In this document: one piece after another, positions 32,306 to 41,202 of the stretch
Layout: every line of letters starts with the position of its first letter
Position numbering within the stretch: position 1 is the stretch's first letter
Assembly: GCA_021785175.1 (NCBI GenBank)
Contig: JAJYGH010000068.1
Location: forward strand, 137-64,136
Length of the DNA stretch: 64,000 nt
Source of the DNA: Chloroflexota bacterium
Lineage (GTDB): Bacteria; Chloroflexota; Limnocylindria; Limnocylindrales; CSP1-4
Reading direction: 5' to 3'
The notes under the pieces: generated by a model
Database searches by the model: none
Told to the model about the DNA's origin: nothing
Seen by the model: the letters and a program-made list of their open reading frames with translations, nothing else
Position numbers and translations under genes: made by a program

Positions 32306-35300
32306 TCAGCCGGCCGCCGCCGGCTCCGACGAAACCTCCGCCAGCCGTGCGACGATCGTTCTGGCCGCCTGCCAGACGTCGGCCGCCCGCCCGATGCGGA
32401 CCCGTACCTGGTTCGACGCGACGCGCACGGACCCGGGCGCGATCGCCGACGGGCGCCAGCCGGGGGCCTGCAGCGCCCGCACGGTGGCCGCGCGCGACCA
32501 GTCGGGCGGAAACCGGAGGACGAGCTCGGCCTCCTCGCGCGAGACGCGCGCGATCCCGGCGCGGTCCGCGAGCAGCCGCAGGTGCGCGACGTCGAGCAGC
32601 CGCTTGGCCGGTGCCGGGAGCGGCCCGTACCGGTCGGCCAGGTCCGCCCGCGCCGCCACCAGCTCGTCCTCCGTCGTCACGCGCGCGAGCCGCCGGTACA
32701 CCTCGAGCTTCTGCGCCTCGCCGCCCACGTAGTCGTCGGGCAGGTAGGCGTCGATCGGCAGGTCGACCATCGCGGCCGGGCGCACCAGGTTCGGCTCGCG
32801 GTCCTCGAGCGCCGCCTTCTGCTCCTCGACCGCATCGGCGAGCAGCCGGGTGTACAGGTCGAACCCGACGGCCGCGATGTGCCCGTGCTGCTCGGCGCCC
32901 AGGATGTTGCCCGCGCCCCGGATCTCGAGGTCCGCCAGGGCGATCTGGAACCCCGCGCCAAGCTCGGACGCGTTGAAGATCGCCTGCAGCCGCTTGCGCG
33001 CGACCTCGCTCAGCCGATCGCGGCGCCGGTACAGGAGGTACGCGTAGGCCCGGCGCGAGCTGCGGCCCACCCGGCCGCGAAGCTGGTAGAGCTGGGCCAG
33101 GCCGAGCGCGTCGGCCCGGTCGATCACGATCGTGTTCGCGTTCGGGATGTCGAGACCGGACTCGATGATCGTCGTGCAGACGAGCACGTCCCAGGCGCCC
33201 TCGGCGAACGCGAGCATGACCTTCTCGAGCTGCCCCTCGGGCATCTGCCCGTGCGCGACCGCGATCCGGGCCTGCGGCAGCAGCCGCCGCAGCTGCTCCG
33301 CCTGCGCCTCGATCGTCTCGACGCGGTTGTGCACGAAGAACGCCTGGCCGCCGCGGTCGAGCTCGCGCAGCAGCGCGTCCCGGACGAGGCCCGCTGACGC
33401 CTCGGCGACGCGCGTCTGGATCGGGAGCCGGTCCTCGGGCGGCGTCTCGATGACGCTCATGTCGCGGACGCCCGAGAGTGCCATGTTCAGCGTGCGCGGG
33501 ATCGGCGTGGCCGACAGCGTCAGCACGTCGACGGCGCGGCGAAGCTGCTTGAGCCGCTCCTTGTGCGCGACGCCGAAGCGCTGCTCCTCGTCGACGACCA
33601 CGAGCCCGAGCCGGCGGAACCGGACGTCCTTCGAGAGCAACCGGTGTGTGCCGATCACGAGATCGACGCTGCCGTCGGTGAGCCCGGCGACGGTTGCGTC
33701 CCGCTGCCCGGCCGGGACGAAGCGGCTGAGCAGCCGGACCGAGATGGGATACGCCGCGAACCGCTGCGTGAACGTCGTGTGGTGCTGCTGCGCGAGCACG
33801 GTCGTCGGCACCAGCACGGCGACCTGGAACCCGTCCTGGATCGCCTTGAACGCCGCCCGGAGCGCGACCTCGGTCTTGCCGTACCCGACGTCGCCCACCA
33901 CCAGGCGGTCCATCGGTTCCCCGCGCTCCATGTCGGCCTTCGTCTCGACCACCGCGCGGGTCTGGTCGGGCGTCTCCTCGTACGGGAACGCCGCCTCCAT
34001 CTCCTGCTGCCAGGGGGTGTCCGGTGCGAACGGGTGGCCCTGCGCGCGTGCTCGCGCCGAGTACAGCTCGAGCAGGTCCTTCGCGAGCTCCGTGACCGCT
34101 CGGCGGACCCGGGCCCGCGTGCGGGCCCATTCCCCGCCGCCGAGCTTCGAGAGCTGCGGGTTCTCGCCGCCGGAATACCGACTGATCCGGTCGACCTGCT
34201 CGACCGGCAGGAAGATCCGGTCCGCCCCGGCGAAGTCCAGCTCGAGGTAGTCGCGCTCGTCGCCGGTGCCGCCGACGCTGCGCCGGACCATGCCGCCGTA
34301 GCGCGCGATGCCGTGATCGGCATGGACGACGAGATCGCCGGGCGACAGGCGGTCGAGGAGATCGCGCGGGACGACCCGACGGAGCGCGCGCGGTCGGCGG
34401 ACGCGGACCGACCCGAACAGCTCCCGGTCCGTGACCACGACGAGACCGTCGGGGCCATCCTCGAAGCCGCTGTTGAGGCTGCGCTCGACGAGCGCGATCG
34501 AGCCGGGCGCGGGCGGCTCCGCGAGGCGACGCAGGGGGGCGGCGACGATCCCGCGTTCCTCGAGCAGCTCGGACAGGCGGGCGGACTGGTCCGACGTGAC
34601 GACGATCCGCCGCGACTCGGCCCGCCAGCGGGCGATCGCCTCGCCGACGCCTGCGATCCGCTGCGGCGGCAGCGCGGGCTCCCGCCAGCCGAAGGGGTTG
34701 CCACCGGGCGGTGCCCCCTCCGCCTCGCTCTCCCAGGTCACCTCCAGCGTTCGCGCCGCGTGCAGCGTGCGCTGCCATGTCCGGTGGTCGAGGTACGCCT
34801 CGGGCCACGCGCCGGGCATGTCGCCCCCCTCGACGAGCTCGCGGCGGCGGTCCTCGGCCTGCTCCCACAGCAGCGCCGCCGCCTGATCGACGTCCCCCGG
34901 CTCGTCGATCAGCCAGATCGCATCGCCGACGTGGTCCACGCCGGTGGCCGGCGCGAGGATGCCCGCCCACACCTCGGCCGCGTCGCCCGGCTCGCGCGTC
35001 GCGAGCATCCGCTCCAGGTCGGCGGCGAGCAGCGCCGGCAGGTGCGCGGCCAGCCGCCCGAGGCGGGAGCGCAGGACGGCGGGCGCGTCGGGTGGCAGCA
35101 GGAACTCCCCTGCTGGCAGCACGGCCGCGGAGGCCACCGTCCCGATCGAGCGCTGGTCGGCCGGGTCGAACGCGCGCAGCGAATCGATCTCGTCGCCGAA
35201 GAACTCGGCCCGGACCGGCAGCGCCTGGCCGGGCGGGAACAGGTCGACGATCCCGCCGCGCCGCGCGAACTCGCCCCTGCCCCCGACCTCCGTGACGCCG

Positions 35301-36025
35301 TCGTAGCCGAGGTCGATGAGCTCGCGGAGGAGCCGCTCCTGGGAGAGGCGCGCGCCGCGCCGGAGCACCAGCGGCGCGGTCGGGAACGCGTCGGGCGGCA
35401 GCGTGTGCTGGAGGAGCGCCTGGGGGCTCGTGACGAGCACGCGCGGGCCGGCCATGGTGACGCGCATGGCGTCGCCCGGCGCCTGCTCCCCGGCGGCGAG
35501 TGGCACATTCGCCCTGGCGCCCCACGCGGCGAGCGCCGCGACCCGGGCCGCGGTCTCGTCCCGCACCAGCTCCCCGCGCTCGTACGCGAGGGCCGTCCGC
35601 GGCTCGAGCACGACGATCGCCGCTGCGTCCCCGAACCACGCGGCCAGCTCCTCCGCCACACGGTCCGCGATCTCGGCGTCGCGGGCGACCCAGACGAGCC
35701 GCTCTCCCGTCGCGGCGACGAGCGCGGCCGCGAGGTACGTCTTGGCCCCATGCGGCATCCCCGCGTACACGACGTGACGCAGGTCCTGGCCGGCACGGCC
35801 GGAACCCGCGAGCCGGTAGCGATCCGCGAGCGCGCGAAGCTCGGCGGTCGCGGCCAGGAGCGGCGGCAGCGACGACAGGTCCGCGGCACGGATTCGCCCG
35901 GCGCCCGCGCCGATGCCGCCGGCGCCTGGGATCTTCGACGCTGCCCGGGCCGCTGCCGCCGACTGCGACGCCTCGGCGATCCGTCGCTCCCGGCCCCGCC
36001 GACCCCGCAGGCGCTGATCCGTCAC
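32306..36025 (-). CDS. mfd: transcription-repair coupling factor
   Basis: Contains VVGDVGYGKTEVALRAAF, DEEQRFGV, TLSATPIPRTL and QLRGRVGRS. The proposed GTG at 36025 overlaps the pth stop. The N-terminus is uncertain. Confidence 0.92.
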   Translation of the reverse strand: MTDQRLRGRRGRERRIAEASQSAAAARAASKIPGAGGIGAGAGRIRAADLSSLPPLLAATAELRALADRYRLAGSGRAGQDLRHVVYAGMPHGAKTYLAAALVAATGERLVWVARDAEIADRVAEELAAWFGDAAAIVVLEPRTALAYERGELVRDETAARVAALAAWGARANVPLAAGEQAPGDAMRVTMAGPRVLVTSPQALLQHTLPPDAFPTAPLVLRRGARLSQERLLRELIDLGYDGVTEVGGRGEFARRGGIVDLFPPGQALPVRAEFFGDEIDSLRAFDPADQRSIGTVASAAVLPAGEFLLPPDAPAVLRSRLGRLAAHLPALLAADLERMLATREPGDAAEVWAGILAPATGVDHVGDAIWLIDEPGDVDQAAALLWEQAEDRRRELVEGGDMPGAWPEAYLDHRTWQRTLHAARTLEVTWESEAEGAPPGGNPFGWREPALPPQRIAGVGEAIARWRAESRRIVVTSDQSARLSELLEERGIVAAPLRRLAEPPAPGSIALVERSLNSGFEDGPDGLVVVTDRELFGSVRVRRPRALRRVVPRDLLDRLSPGDLVVHADHGIARYGGMVRRSVGGTGDERDYLELDFAGADRIFLPVEQVDRISRYSGGENPQLSKLGGGEWARTRARVRRAVTELAKDLLELYSARARAQGHPFAPDTPWQQEMEAAFPYEETPDQTRAVVETKADMERGEPMDRLVVGDVGYGKTEVALRAAFKAIQDGFQVAVLVPTTVLAQQHHTTFTQRFAAYPISVRLLSRFVPAGQRDATVAGLTDGSVDLVIGTHRLLSKDVRFRRLGLVVVDEEQRFGVAHKERLKQLRRAVDVLTLSATPIPRTLNMALSGVRDMSVIETPPEDRLPIQTRVAEASAGLVRDALLRELDRGGQAFFVHNRVETIEAQAEQLRRLLPQARIAVAHGQMPEGQLEKVMLAFAEGAWDVLVCTTIIESGLDIPNANTIVIDRADALGLAQLYQLRGRVGRSSRRAYAYLLYRRRDRLSEVARKRLQAIFNASELGAGFQIALADLEIRGAGNILGAEQHGHIAAVGFDLYTRLLADAVEEQKAALEDREPNLVRPAAMVDLPIDAYLPDDYVGGEAQKLEVYRRLARVTTEDELVAARADLADRYGPLPAPAKRLLDVAHLRLLADRAGIARVSREEAELVLRFPPDWSRAATVRALQAPGWRPSAIAPGSVRVASNQVRVRIGRAADVWQAARTIVARLAEVSSEPAAAG

Positions 36026-36897
36026 GCGCGCCCGCGCTCGTCCGGGCCGCTCGCCGCGCGGTCGTCCGCGGACCCCGGGAGGATTCGCCGCCACCCGGTG
36101 CGCGTGCGCCGGATCCCGTCCGGTCCCGGCGGCCCGTCGATCCCCCCGGGCAGCGGCTCGGCGCCAGAGGCGGCGGCTCTGTGTTCGAACCCTGCACCGT
36201 GCGACCCGGATGGGCCCGCGTCGTCTCCCTGCGGGCCCCGCTCCGGTTCCGGCCGCTCCGCCGCGGTCCGGCGGCTCCCGCCGGTGTTCTCCGGCTGTCC
36301 CTTGCGGACCTCCACGTCGGCCGGCGACCCCGCCAGCCGCCACGCGTTCCACCGGTTCGCGGCTTCCGGTGCGCCGCCGCGAGCCCACGTCTCGACCGCG
36401 TCCGCGGCCGCGTCCAGCAGCTCCGGCAGCAGACGCTCCTCCTCCCGGGAGAACCGACTCAGCACGTGGTCGATGGCGTCGCGACGAGGCTCGCCGATCC
36501 CGACGCGGAGCCGGGCGAACCGCTGCGTGTGGAGCTCCGCGACGATCGAGCGCAGGCCGTTGTGCCCGCCGTGCGTGCCTTCGGGCCGGATCCGCATCCG
36601 CCCGAACGGCAGCGCGAAGTCGTCGACGATCACGAGCACGTCGCCGAGCGGAACCCGCTCGCGCGCCATCGCCTTCTGCACCGCGATCCCGGAGTCGTTC
36701 ATGAACGTGAGCGGCTTCAGCAGCATCACGTCCAGGTCGCCGAGCCGGCCCCTCACCGACACGGCGGCATCACGCTCCCGCCCCCGGCCGGAGATCCCGG
36801 CTCGATCGGCCAGCCGATCGACGATCATCCAGCCGACGTTGTGCCGCGTCTGCGCGTACTTCGACCCGGGGTTTCCCAGGCCCACGACGAGCTTCAC
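36022..36897 (-). CDS. pth: peptidyl-tRNA hydrolase with a low-complexity C-terminal extension of about 100 aa
   Basis: GTG at 36897 gives VKLVVGLGNPGSKYAQTRHNVGW...HGGHNGLRS. There is no stop codon until 36022. Confidence 0.88.
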   Translation of the reverse strand: MKLVVGLGNPGSKYAQTRHNVGWMIVDRLADRAGISGRGRERDAAVSVRGRLGDLDVMLLKPLTFMNDSGIAVQKAMARERVPLGDVLVIVDDFALPFGRMRIRPEGTHGGHNGLRSIVAELHTQRFARLRVGIGEPRRDAIDHVLSRFSREEERLLPELLDAAADAVETWARGGAPEAANRWNAWRLAGSPADVEVRKGQPENTGGSRRTAAERPEPERGPQGDDAGPSGSHGAGFEHRAAASGAEPLPGGIDGPPGPDGIRRTRTGWRRILPGSADDRAASGPDERGRA

Positions 36898-37119
36898 CCG
36901 ATCCCCCGTGTCACCTGCCGCCGATGCGCCACCTGCTGCGGACTCCCTCGCTCCAATGCCCCGGTCGCGTGCGCCCGGAAGGCCGGCGCGTCTGCCATTC
37001 CGCCACTCGCCCACGGTTTCACGCTTGTGAAGCGCGTATGCCTCGGATTCTGGCTTGCGGAGAGGGCATCAGACGCGTGTCACTCTGGCAGTCCGTTTCT
37101 GCGCTCAGAGGCCCTGTCC

Positions 37120-37964
37120 ATGCCGCGCCCCAGCACCAAGAAGCCCAGTCTATCCGGCGGCCCGACGCTCGCGTCGACCCGCGACTACTGGACGCTCCAT
37201 CTGCGCGCGGAGGGCAAGAGCGGGCGCACGATCTCGACCTACCTGCGGGCGCTCGACAAGCTCGACGCCTTTCTCGCCGAGCGCGGCATGCCGCGGACCC
37301 TCGAGGGCATCCGGCGCGAGCATCTCGAGGCGTTCTTCGTGGCGCTCGGCGAGCGCGGCAACGCCCCCGCCACGATCAGCATCCTGTTCCGCGCGCTGCG
37401 GCCCTTCTGGGGCTGGCTGGCCGAGGAAGACGAGATCGAGCGCAGCCCCATGGAGCGCATGCGGGCGCCGTCCGTGCCCCTCGATCCGCCGCGGCGAGCT
37501 CGCCGCGCTGCGCCCGGGCCATCTCAACCTGCCCCAGCACCTCGCCTTCATCGAGGCTTCGATCTCCAAGAGCCGCCGGGGCCGCGCGGTCGTCTCCGGC
37601 GACGCGACGGCCAGGGCGCTGATGCGCTACCTGCGCCACCCCAAGGCACCCCGCTCCGACGACGAACCGCTGTGGGTGGCCCGGACCGGCCTGGCGCTCC
37701 CGGGCAACGAGATCTTCCACACGGTCGGCCGCCGGGCCCGCGAGGCCGGCCTTCCCGTCCCCGCCCACCAGCTCCGCCACACCTGGGCCTCGAGCATGCT
37801 CCCCGCACGGCACAGCGAGGGCGACGTCATTGCAGCTCGGCGGCTGGACCGACCGCTCGATGCTCTCGCGCTACGGGGCCTCGGCCGCCGCGGAGCGCGC
37901 GCGTGCCGCGTATCGGAGCCCCATCGACCGGCTCGCGCGGGGGCGGCCGCAGCCCGGGGCGTAA
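37120..37964 (+). pseudogene. tyrosine recombinase (phage integrase family) pseudogene: internal deletion plus frameshifts
   Basis: The reading frame changes twice. Frame 1 covers the N-terminal SAM-like domain (YWTLHLRAEGKSGRTISTYLRAL...PMERMRAPSVPLDPP). Frame 2 starts near 37490 (RRGELAALRPGHLNL...HQLRHTWASSML). Frame 0 starts near 37830 (LQLGGWTDRSMLSRYGASAAAERA...) and runs to TAA at 37962. The segment expected between VPLDPP and RRGELAAL is missing. Confidence 0.8.
37484..37514 (+). repeat. 31-bp perfect direct repeat, copy 1 (inside the recombinase pseudogene)
   Basis: atccgccgcggcgagctcgccgcgctgcgcc is identical to 40110-40140. Similarity continues imperfectly for about 13 nt (gggc(c)atctcaa). 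Confidence 0.9.
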
Positions 37965-37984
37965 CTGACACGGTCATCGTCGCG

Positions 37985-38533
37985 CTACGGCTCGTTACCC
38001 ATCGGGTAGGCAGCGCAGCTTGGCGCATTCGGAGGCGGCGAACCCGTAACCACTTGGCCGCTCGTGTCCACCCGTATGTAGTAGCTGTAGCGGGCAACCT
38101 CGTCTGACTCAGGGGTCAGAGTGACGTCCCCGGCCAGCGCTGACCCCGATACCGTAACGGTGACGGGAAGCCCCATGACACCGATGCCCGCTGCCGGGCA
38201 CCATCCAGGCTGCCAAGGCGGCACAACTCTCTGAAGCTGACTCGGCCCGAGAAGACCGAGTGGCAGCCCGCTGGGCCACTGGACGCGCACGGTGACTGGC
38301 TCTGTGGATTCATTTCGGATATCGACGCCGCCCACGGGGTGGGTTCCTGTGCATCCTGACGCGGCGAGCGCGAGAGCCATCCCGGCGACAAGAGGCAAAC
38401 GCGCGGCTCGCCGAGCCAGGAATCTCTTCGTGGCTCGAGACAACCTCGAGCGGCGTGCCTCCTGATGTCTCACTGCTGCTGGCCGGCTCGTGCTTGCCGG
38501 AACGTCCCGAACGGACTTCAAGTCGCCGAGCAC
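37985..38533 (-). CDS. island lipoprotein, unknown function (start uncertain: GTG 38533, GTG 38473 or TTG 38443)
   Basis: Signal and lipobox KRFLARRAARLPLVAGMALALAASGC. Lower GC than the flanks. Last gene of the three-gene cassette. Confidence 0.6.
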   Translation of the reverse strand: MLGDLKSVRDVPASTSRPAAVRHQEARRSRLSRATKRFLARRAARLPLVAGMALALAASGCTGTHPVGGVDIRNESTEPVTVRVQWPSGLPLGLLGPSQLQRVVPPWQPGWCPAAGIGVMGLPVTVTVSGSALAGDVTLTPESDEVARYSYYIRVDTSGQVVTGSPPPNAPSCAAYPMGNEP

Positions 38534-39345
38534 GTCGAGGCGTGGTTCCAGGTCCAGACATCGAAGTCAGAGGAGTTGTACGCCTGGAAATAGATCCACG
38601 GGTAGTACGGATTGTTGCCCATCTGCCTCGGACCATCAAAGTCGCCTGAATGCGTCACGCCGCCGGCGACCCACGTCAACGAACGGAACTTCTGCTTGTT
38701 GCCCGGGTCGGACCCCTCGGCCGTCCGCCCTCCCATCTGATCTCCGCAGTTCCACTGCTCCGTGCCAACCTGTGCCCGCTCCCGGTTCCACAATCTCCAC
38801 GCGCCGTCCGGTTCGGTTGCTCGAACCTGACCATCCATGACGTATTCCCAGACTCTGCTGCCATCCGGTTCGTAGACCAAGCGCACGGTGAAGGTGTGGC
38901 TCGAGGCTGTATCGGCCAGCGAGATATTTCGAGGCATCGGTGCATGGTTGATGTCTCCCGTTGCACCCGACGCATAGAAGAAGTCGAGTTGGTTTGTGTG
39001 CATACCAGTGCCGCAGATCCGCCCGTCGCCGCACATCCAGTACCCTACCTGCACGATATCATCGCCGCCAGGGCCCACGATCGCGGGCCACGCTCCCGAG
39101 GCAGTAACCCACGGCCGCAGGATGCCAGTGCAAAGGCTGTAGTCGTATCTTGAGATCCAAGCCGAGGCACTCGTGATCCAGGGACCACTCGCCCCGGACG
39201 CAGCGTTGCGTACCACCCAGGTGTTGTCAAGGTATTGCCCGACGTCACATGCGCCGGCGAGGGTCTGTGCAGCCAGCGTCGGACGGGGAGTTGGGATAAG
39301 GATCGAGACGGCAATCACCAAGCTGGCAACAAGCGTGCGTTTCAC
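38518..39345 (-). CDS. island secreted Trp/Gly/Cys-rich protein, unknown function
   Basis: GTG start overlaps the upstream stop (GTGA at 39342-39345). Signal peptide KRTLVASLVIAVSILIPTPRPTLAAQ. The mature part has 8 Cys. No family recognised. Confidence 0.7.
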   Translation of the reverse strand: MKRTLVASLVIAVSILIPTPRPTLAAQTLAGACDVGQYLDNTWVVRNAASGASGPWITSASAWISRYDYSLCTGILRPWVTASGAWPAIVGPGGDDIVQVGYWMCGDGRICGTGMHTNQLDFFYASGATGDINHAPMPRNISLADTASSHTFTVRLVYEPDGSRVWEYVMDGQVRATEPDGAWRLWNRERAQVGTEQWNCGDQMGGRTAEGSDPGNKQKFRSLTWVAGGVTHSGDFDGPRQMGNNPYYPWIYFQAYNSSDFDVWTWNHASTCSAT

Positions 39346-39908
39346 GGGATCCTCACCATGAACGTCTTGACACTGAAGAGCGAGGTTGGGTCGGTCAACT
39401 CAATGAAGCCATGCGCTTCATCGCGCGACACAGCTTGCTCGCACATTGTTGCTACGTTCGTCTGTGCCAGGCGAAAAGCGTGGGCGAGGTACTGGGAGAC
39501 AAGATCGTCTCGGCATACCGCAGGGTCCCGACTCAGTTCAGCTCGAACAATCCTGGCGCTCATCTCAGAGGAGGGGCCGACGACATTGCCCGGAATCGCG
39601 ATATCACGCCACGCTGGGATCAACAGGAGTGCGCACAGGTGGGTGAAATACGGCTGCGGAAGCTCGTTGCACTCGGCCGTTCTCGTGACGACGTACGTCT
39701 TCTCAGCTTTCCAGATTCGAGCCTGATCGTTGGTTTCCGTACCACCGACCCAGACCCCATGCTCGAATCTGATCGTCTGGGGCAGATCCGACGCCGTCGA
39801 GCGCGGCGTAGCGATGAACCCCAACCAGCCGACTATCTTCCCCGGATGAAACGACATGTCTCTCATTCGGGGACTTTGCCATTGACGCGCTGCACGAAAC
39901 CAAGCCAA
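39342..39908 (-). CDS. island hypothetical protein with no signal peptide (the likely start is ATG 39866 or 39857 rather than TTG 39908)
   Basis: The ORF is in the lower-GC segment and is the first gene of the cassette. I recognise no motif. Confidence 0.55.
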   Translation of the reverse strand: MAWFRAARQWQSPRMRDMSFHPGKIVGWLGFIATPRSTASDLPQTIRFEHGVWVGGTETNDQARIWKAEKTYVVTRTAECNELPQPYFTHLCALLLIPAWRDIAIPGNVVGPSSEMSARIVRAELSRDPAVCRDDLVSQYLAHAFRLAQTNVATMCEQAVSRDEAHGFIELTDPTSLFSVKTFMVRIP

Positions 39909-40037
39909 TGATCCTGCTCGACGGAGGAGGCGTCATCACCACACTCGACTGGCGCAGATGCATCAGGGCGGGCCGAACCGCGCGGGGGCGTTCGTGCAGG
40001 TTTTCCAGGGCGCAGGGCGCGCGGAAAGGTGGCCTCG

Positions 40038-40165
40038 AACCCGATCTACGTTCTGACCGGCTGTGACGGGAGTCGACGGGCGTGCCTGGTGCCGACCCTC
40101 GACACCGGCATCCGCCGCGGCGAGCTCGCCGCGCTGCGCCTTGGGCATCTCAAGTGGGAACGGTG
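40038..40165 (+). pseudogene. second tyrosine-recombinase fragment (middle segment only)
   Basis: Translates to PIYVLTGCDGSRRACLVPTLDTGIRRGELAALRLGHLKWE, which contains the DTGxRxxEL box carrying the first catalytic Arg. There is no N- or C-terminal continuation. Confidence 0.6.
40110..40140 (+). repeat. 31-bp perfect direct repeat, copy 2
   Basis: Identical to 37484-37514. Confidence 0.9.
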
Positions 40166-40608
40166 GCCCGCAACTGGAACCGCCATGACTCCGCAGGCCT
40201 GCCGTCGCACAGCAATCCCTGTCGGCACGGTGGCGCGTCAGCGTCTGGGTGTCTTCGCCTGGGAGGCCCAGATGCTGGTCGCGCCAGGAATTGGACTGGC
40301 GGTGGGGGGGAAATTCGTGCGTGCGAGGCGCGCGTACAGTAACTCCAGGTTCCTCGCGTCGAGCGCCACGCTCGACGGATCGACCAGAGCCGGGAAGACT
40401 CCGAAGGCCGGCGCGACCCAGGCCGACGCCAAAACGGCCCGATCCGAGTCTGGCGGGCCGTCGCGGATGCTATCGGGGGTCAGGCGCCGAGCGACCGGTG
40501 GGCCGACGCGTCGATCCGGCGCCGAGCCCGCACATCGGCACACCGTCCGCGAGGATCTCGGCGCCTGCCCCGTCGGCGCGTCCGGCCGTCACGCGCGGAC
40601 CCAGGCCA

Positions 40609-41202
40609 TCACGCGCCGACCCAGGATGGGTCGGCGAGGATCTCCGTCTCCAGCCGACGCATCGCCGCCTCCTCCTCGGGCTCGGCGTGGTCCCAGCCGC
40701 AGAGGTGGAGCACGCCGTGCACGACGAGCAATCCCAGCTCGTCCCCGGGATCCCATGCGACCAACCCCGTCTGCCCCCCTCGCCCCTGCTCGGCCTGCTC
40801 GATCGCGCGCTCGACGGACACGACGATGTCGCCGAGATGGGGGCGTGCGCCGGGCGGGAGCGCGAAGGGGCGGGCGGCCGGCGGCGCCGTGCCGAGTACC
40901 GTGGTGGCCGTCGTCGTACGCCCGGGGTGCGCCGGAAAGGCCTCGGGCGGCAGGAGCGGGAACGAGAGCACGTCGGTCGGGCCCTGCCTGCCCATCGCCT
41001 GCAGGTTGAGCGCCGCGAGCTCGGCGTCGTCGGACAGGATCACGCCGATGGAGGCCGGCTCGGGGGGGCGCGCGGCGCGCAGCGCGACGTCGACGAGCCG
41101 CGCGAGCTGCGCGAGCGAGCGCAGCCTCGGGACGCCGGGCCGGACGGTCAGCTCGATGCGCCAGGGTCGGAGGTACCGGACGGTCAGCCCGGGACCGGTC
41201 AC
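40609..41202 (-). CDS. ybeY: rRNA maturation endoribonuclease YbeY
   Basis: GTG at 41202 overlaps the upstream stop. Zinc motif HGVLHLCGWDH. Confidence 0.9.
   Translation of the reverse strand: MTGPGLTVRYLRPWRIELTVRPGVPRLRSLAQLARLVDVALRAARPPEPASIGVILSDDAELAALNLQAMGRQGPTDVLSFPLLPPEAFPAHPGRTTTATTVLGTAPPAARPFALPPGARPHLGDIVVSVERAIEQAEQGRGGQTGLVAWDPGDELGLLVVHGVLHLCGWDHAEPEEEAAMRRLETEILADPSWVGA

Noticed and set aside
32244-36197. 1317-aa ORF on the same strand as mfd but in another frame. Similar giant ORFs occur at 33563..37030 and 56713..60501.
   Set aside because: The translations are almost pure Arg/Gly/Pro/Ala with no motifs, and they overlap genes that have unmistakable family signatures (mfd, dnaK, grpE). 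They are typical stop-codon-poor shadow ORFs of a high-GC genome.
38518-39345. Idea that the island's secreted Trp/Gly/Cys-rich protein is a glutamic peptidase (G1/A4) or a GH11/12-like beta-sandwich enzyme.
   Set aside because: The only support is vague resemblances (AWPAIVGPGGDDIVQVGY, VWEYVMDG). I cannot align catalytic Gln/Glu or Glu/Glu pairs with confidence, so the protein stays as unknown function.
39235-39726. 163-aa plus-strand ORF antisense to the first island gene.
   Set aside because: It has no RBS or motif, is rich in Ser/Arg/Cys in a non-protein-like way, and lies fully inside a better-supported minus-strand ORF that is chained to its neighbours by a GTGA overlap.
40016-40045. 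tRNA-like T-loop string (GGGTTCGAGGCC on the minus strand) next to the recombinase fragment, as a possible tRNA attachment site.
   Set aside because: I could not build a complementary T-stem, acceptor stem or anticodon arm around it, and there is no CCA-proximal acceptor pairing. It is not a tRNA or a recognisable tRNA fragment.
40166-40608. Possible gene in the 440-bp gap between the recombinase fragment and ybeY (for example the 101-aa ORF 40238..40543).
   Set aside because: There is no start context, motif or coding-like composition. It is more likely degraded remains of the integrative element. The fragment VDPSSVALDARNLELLYARLART is too short to assign.
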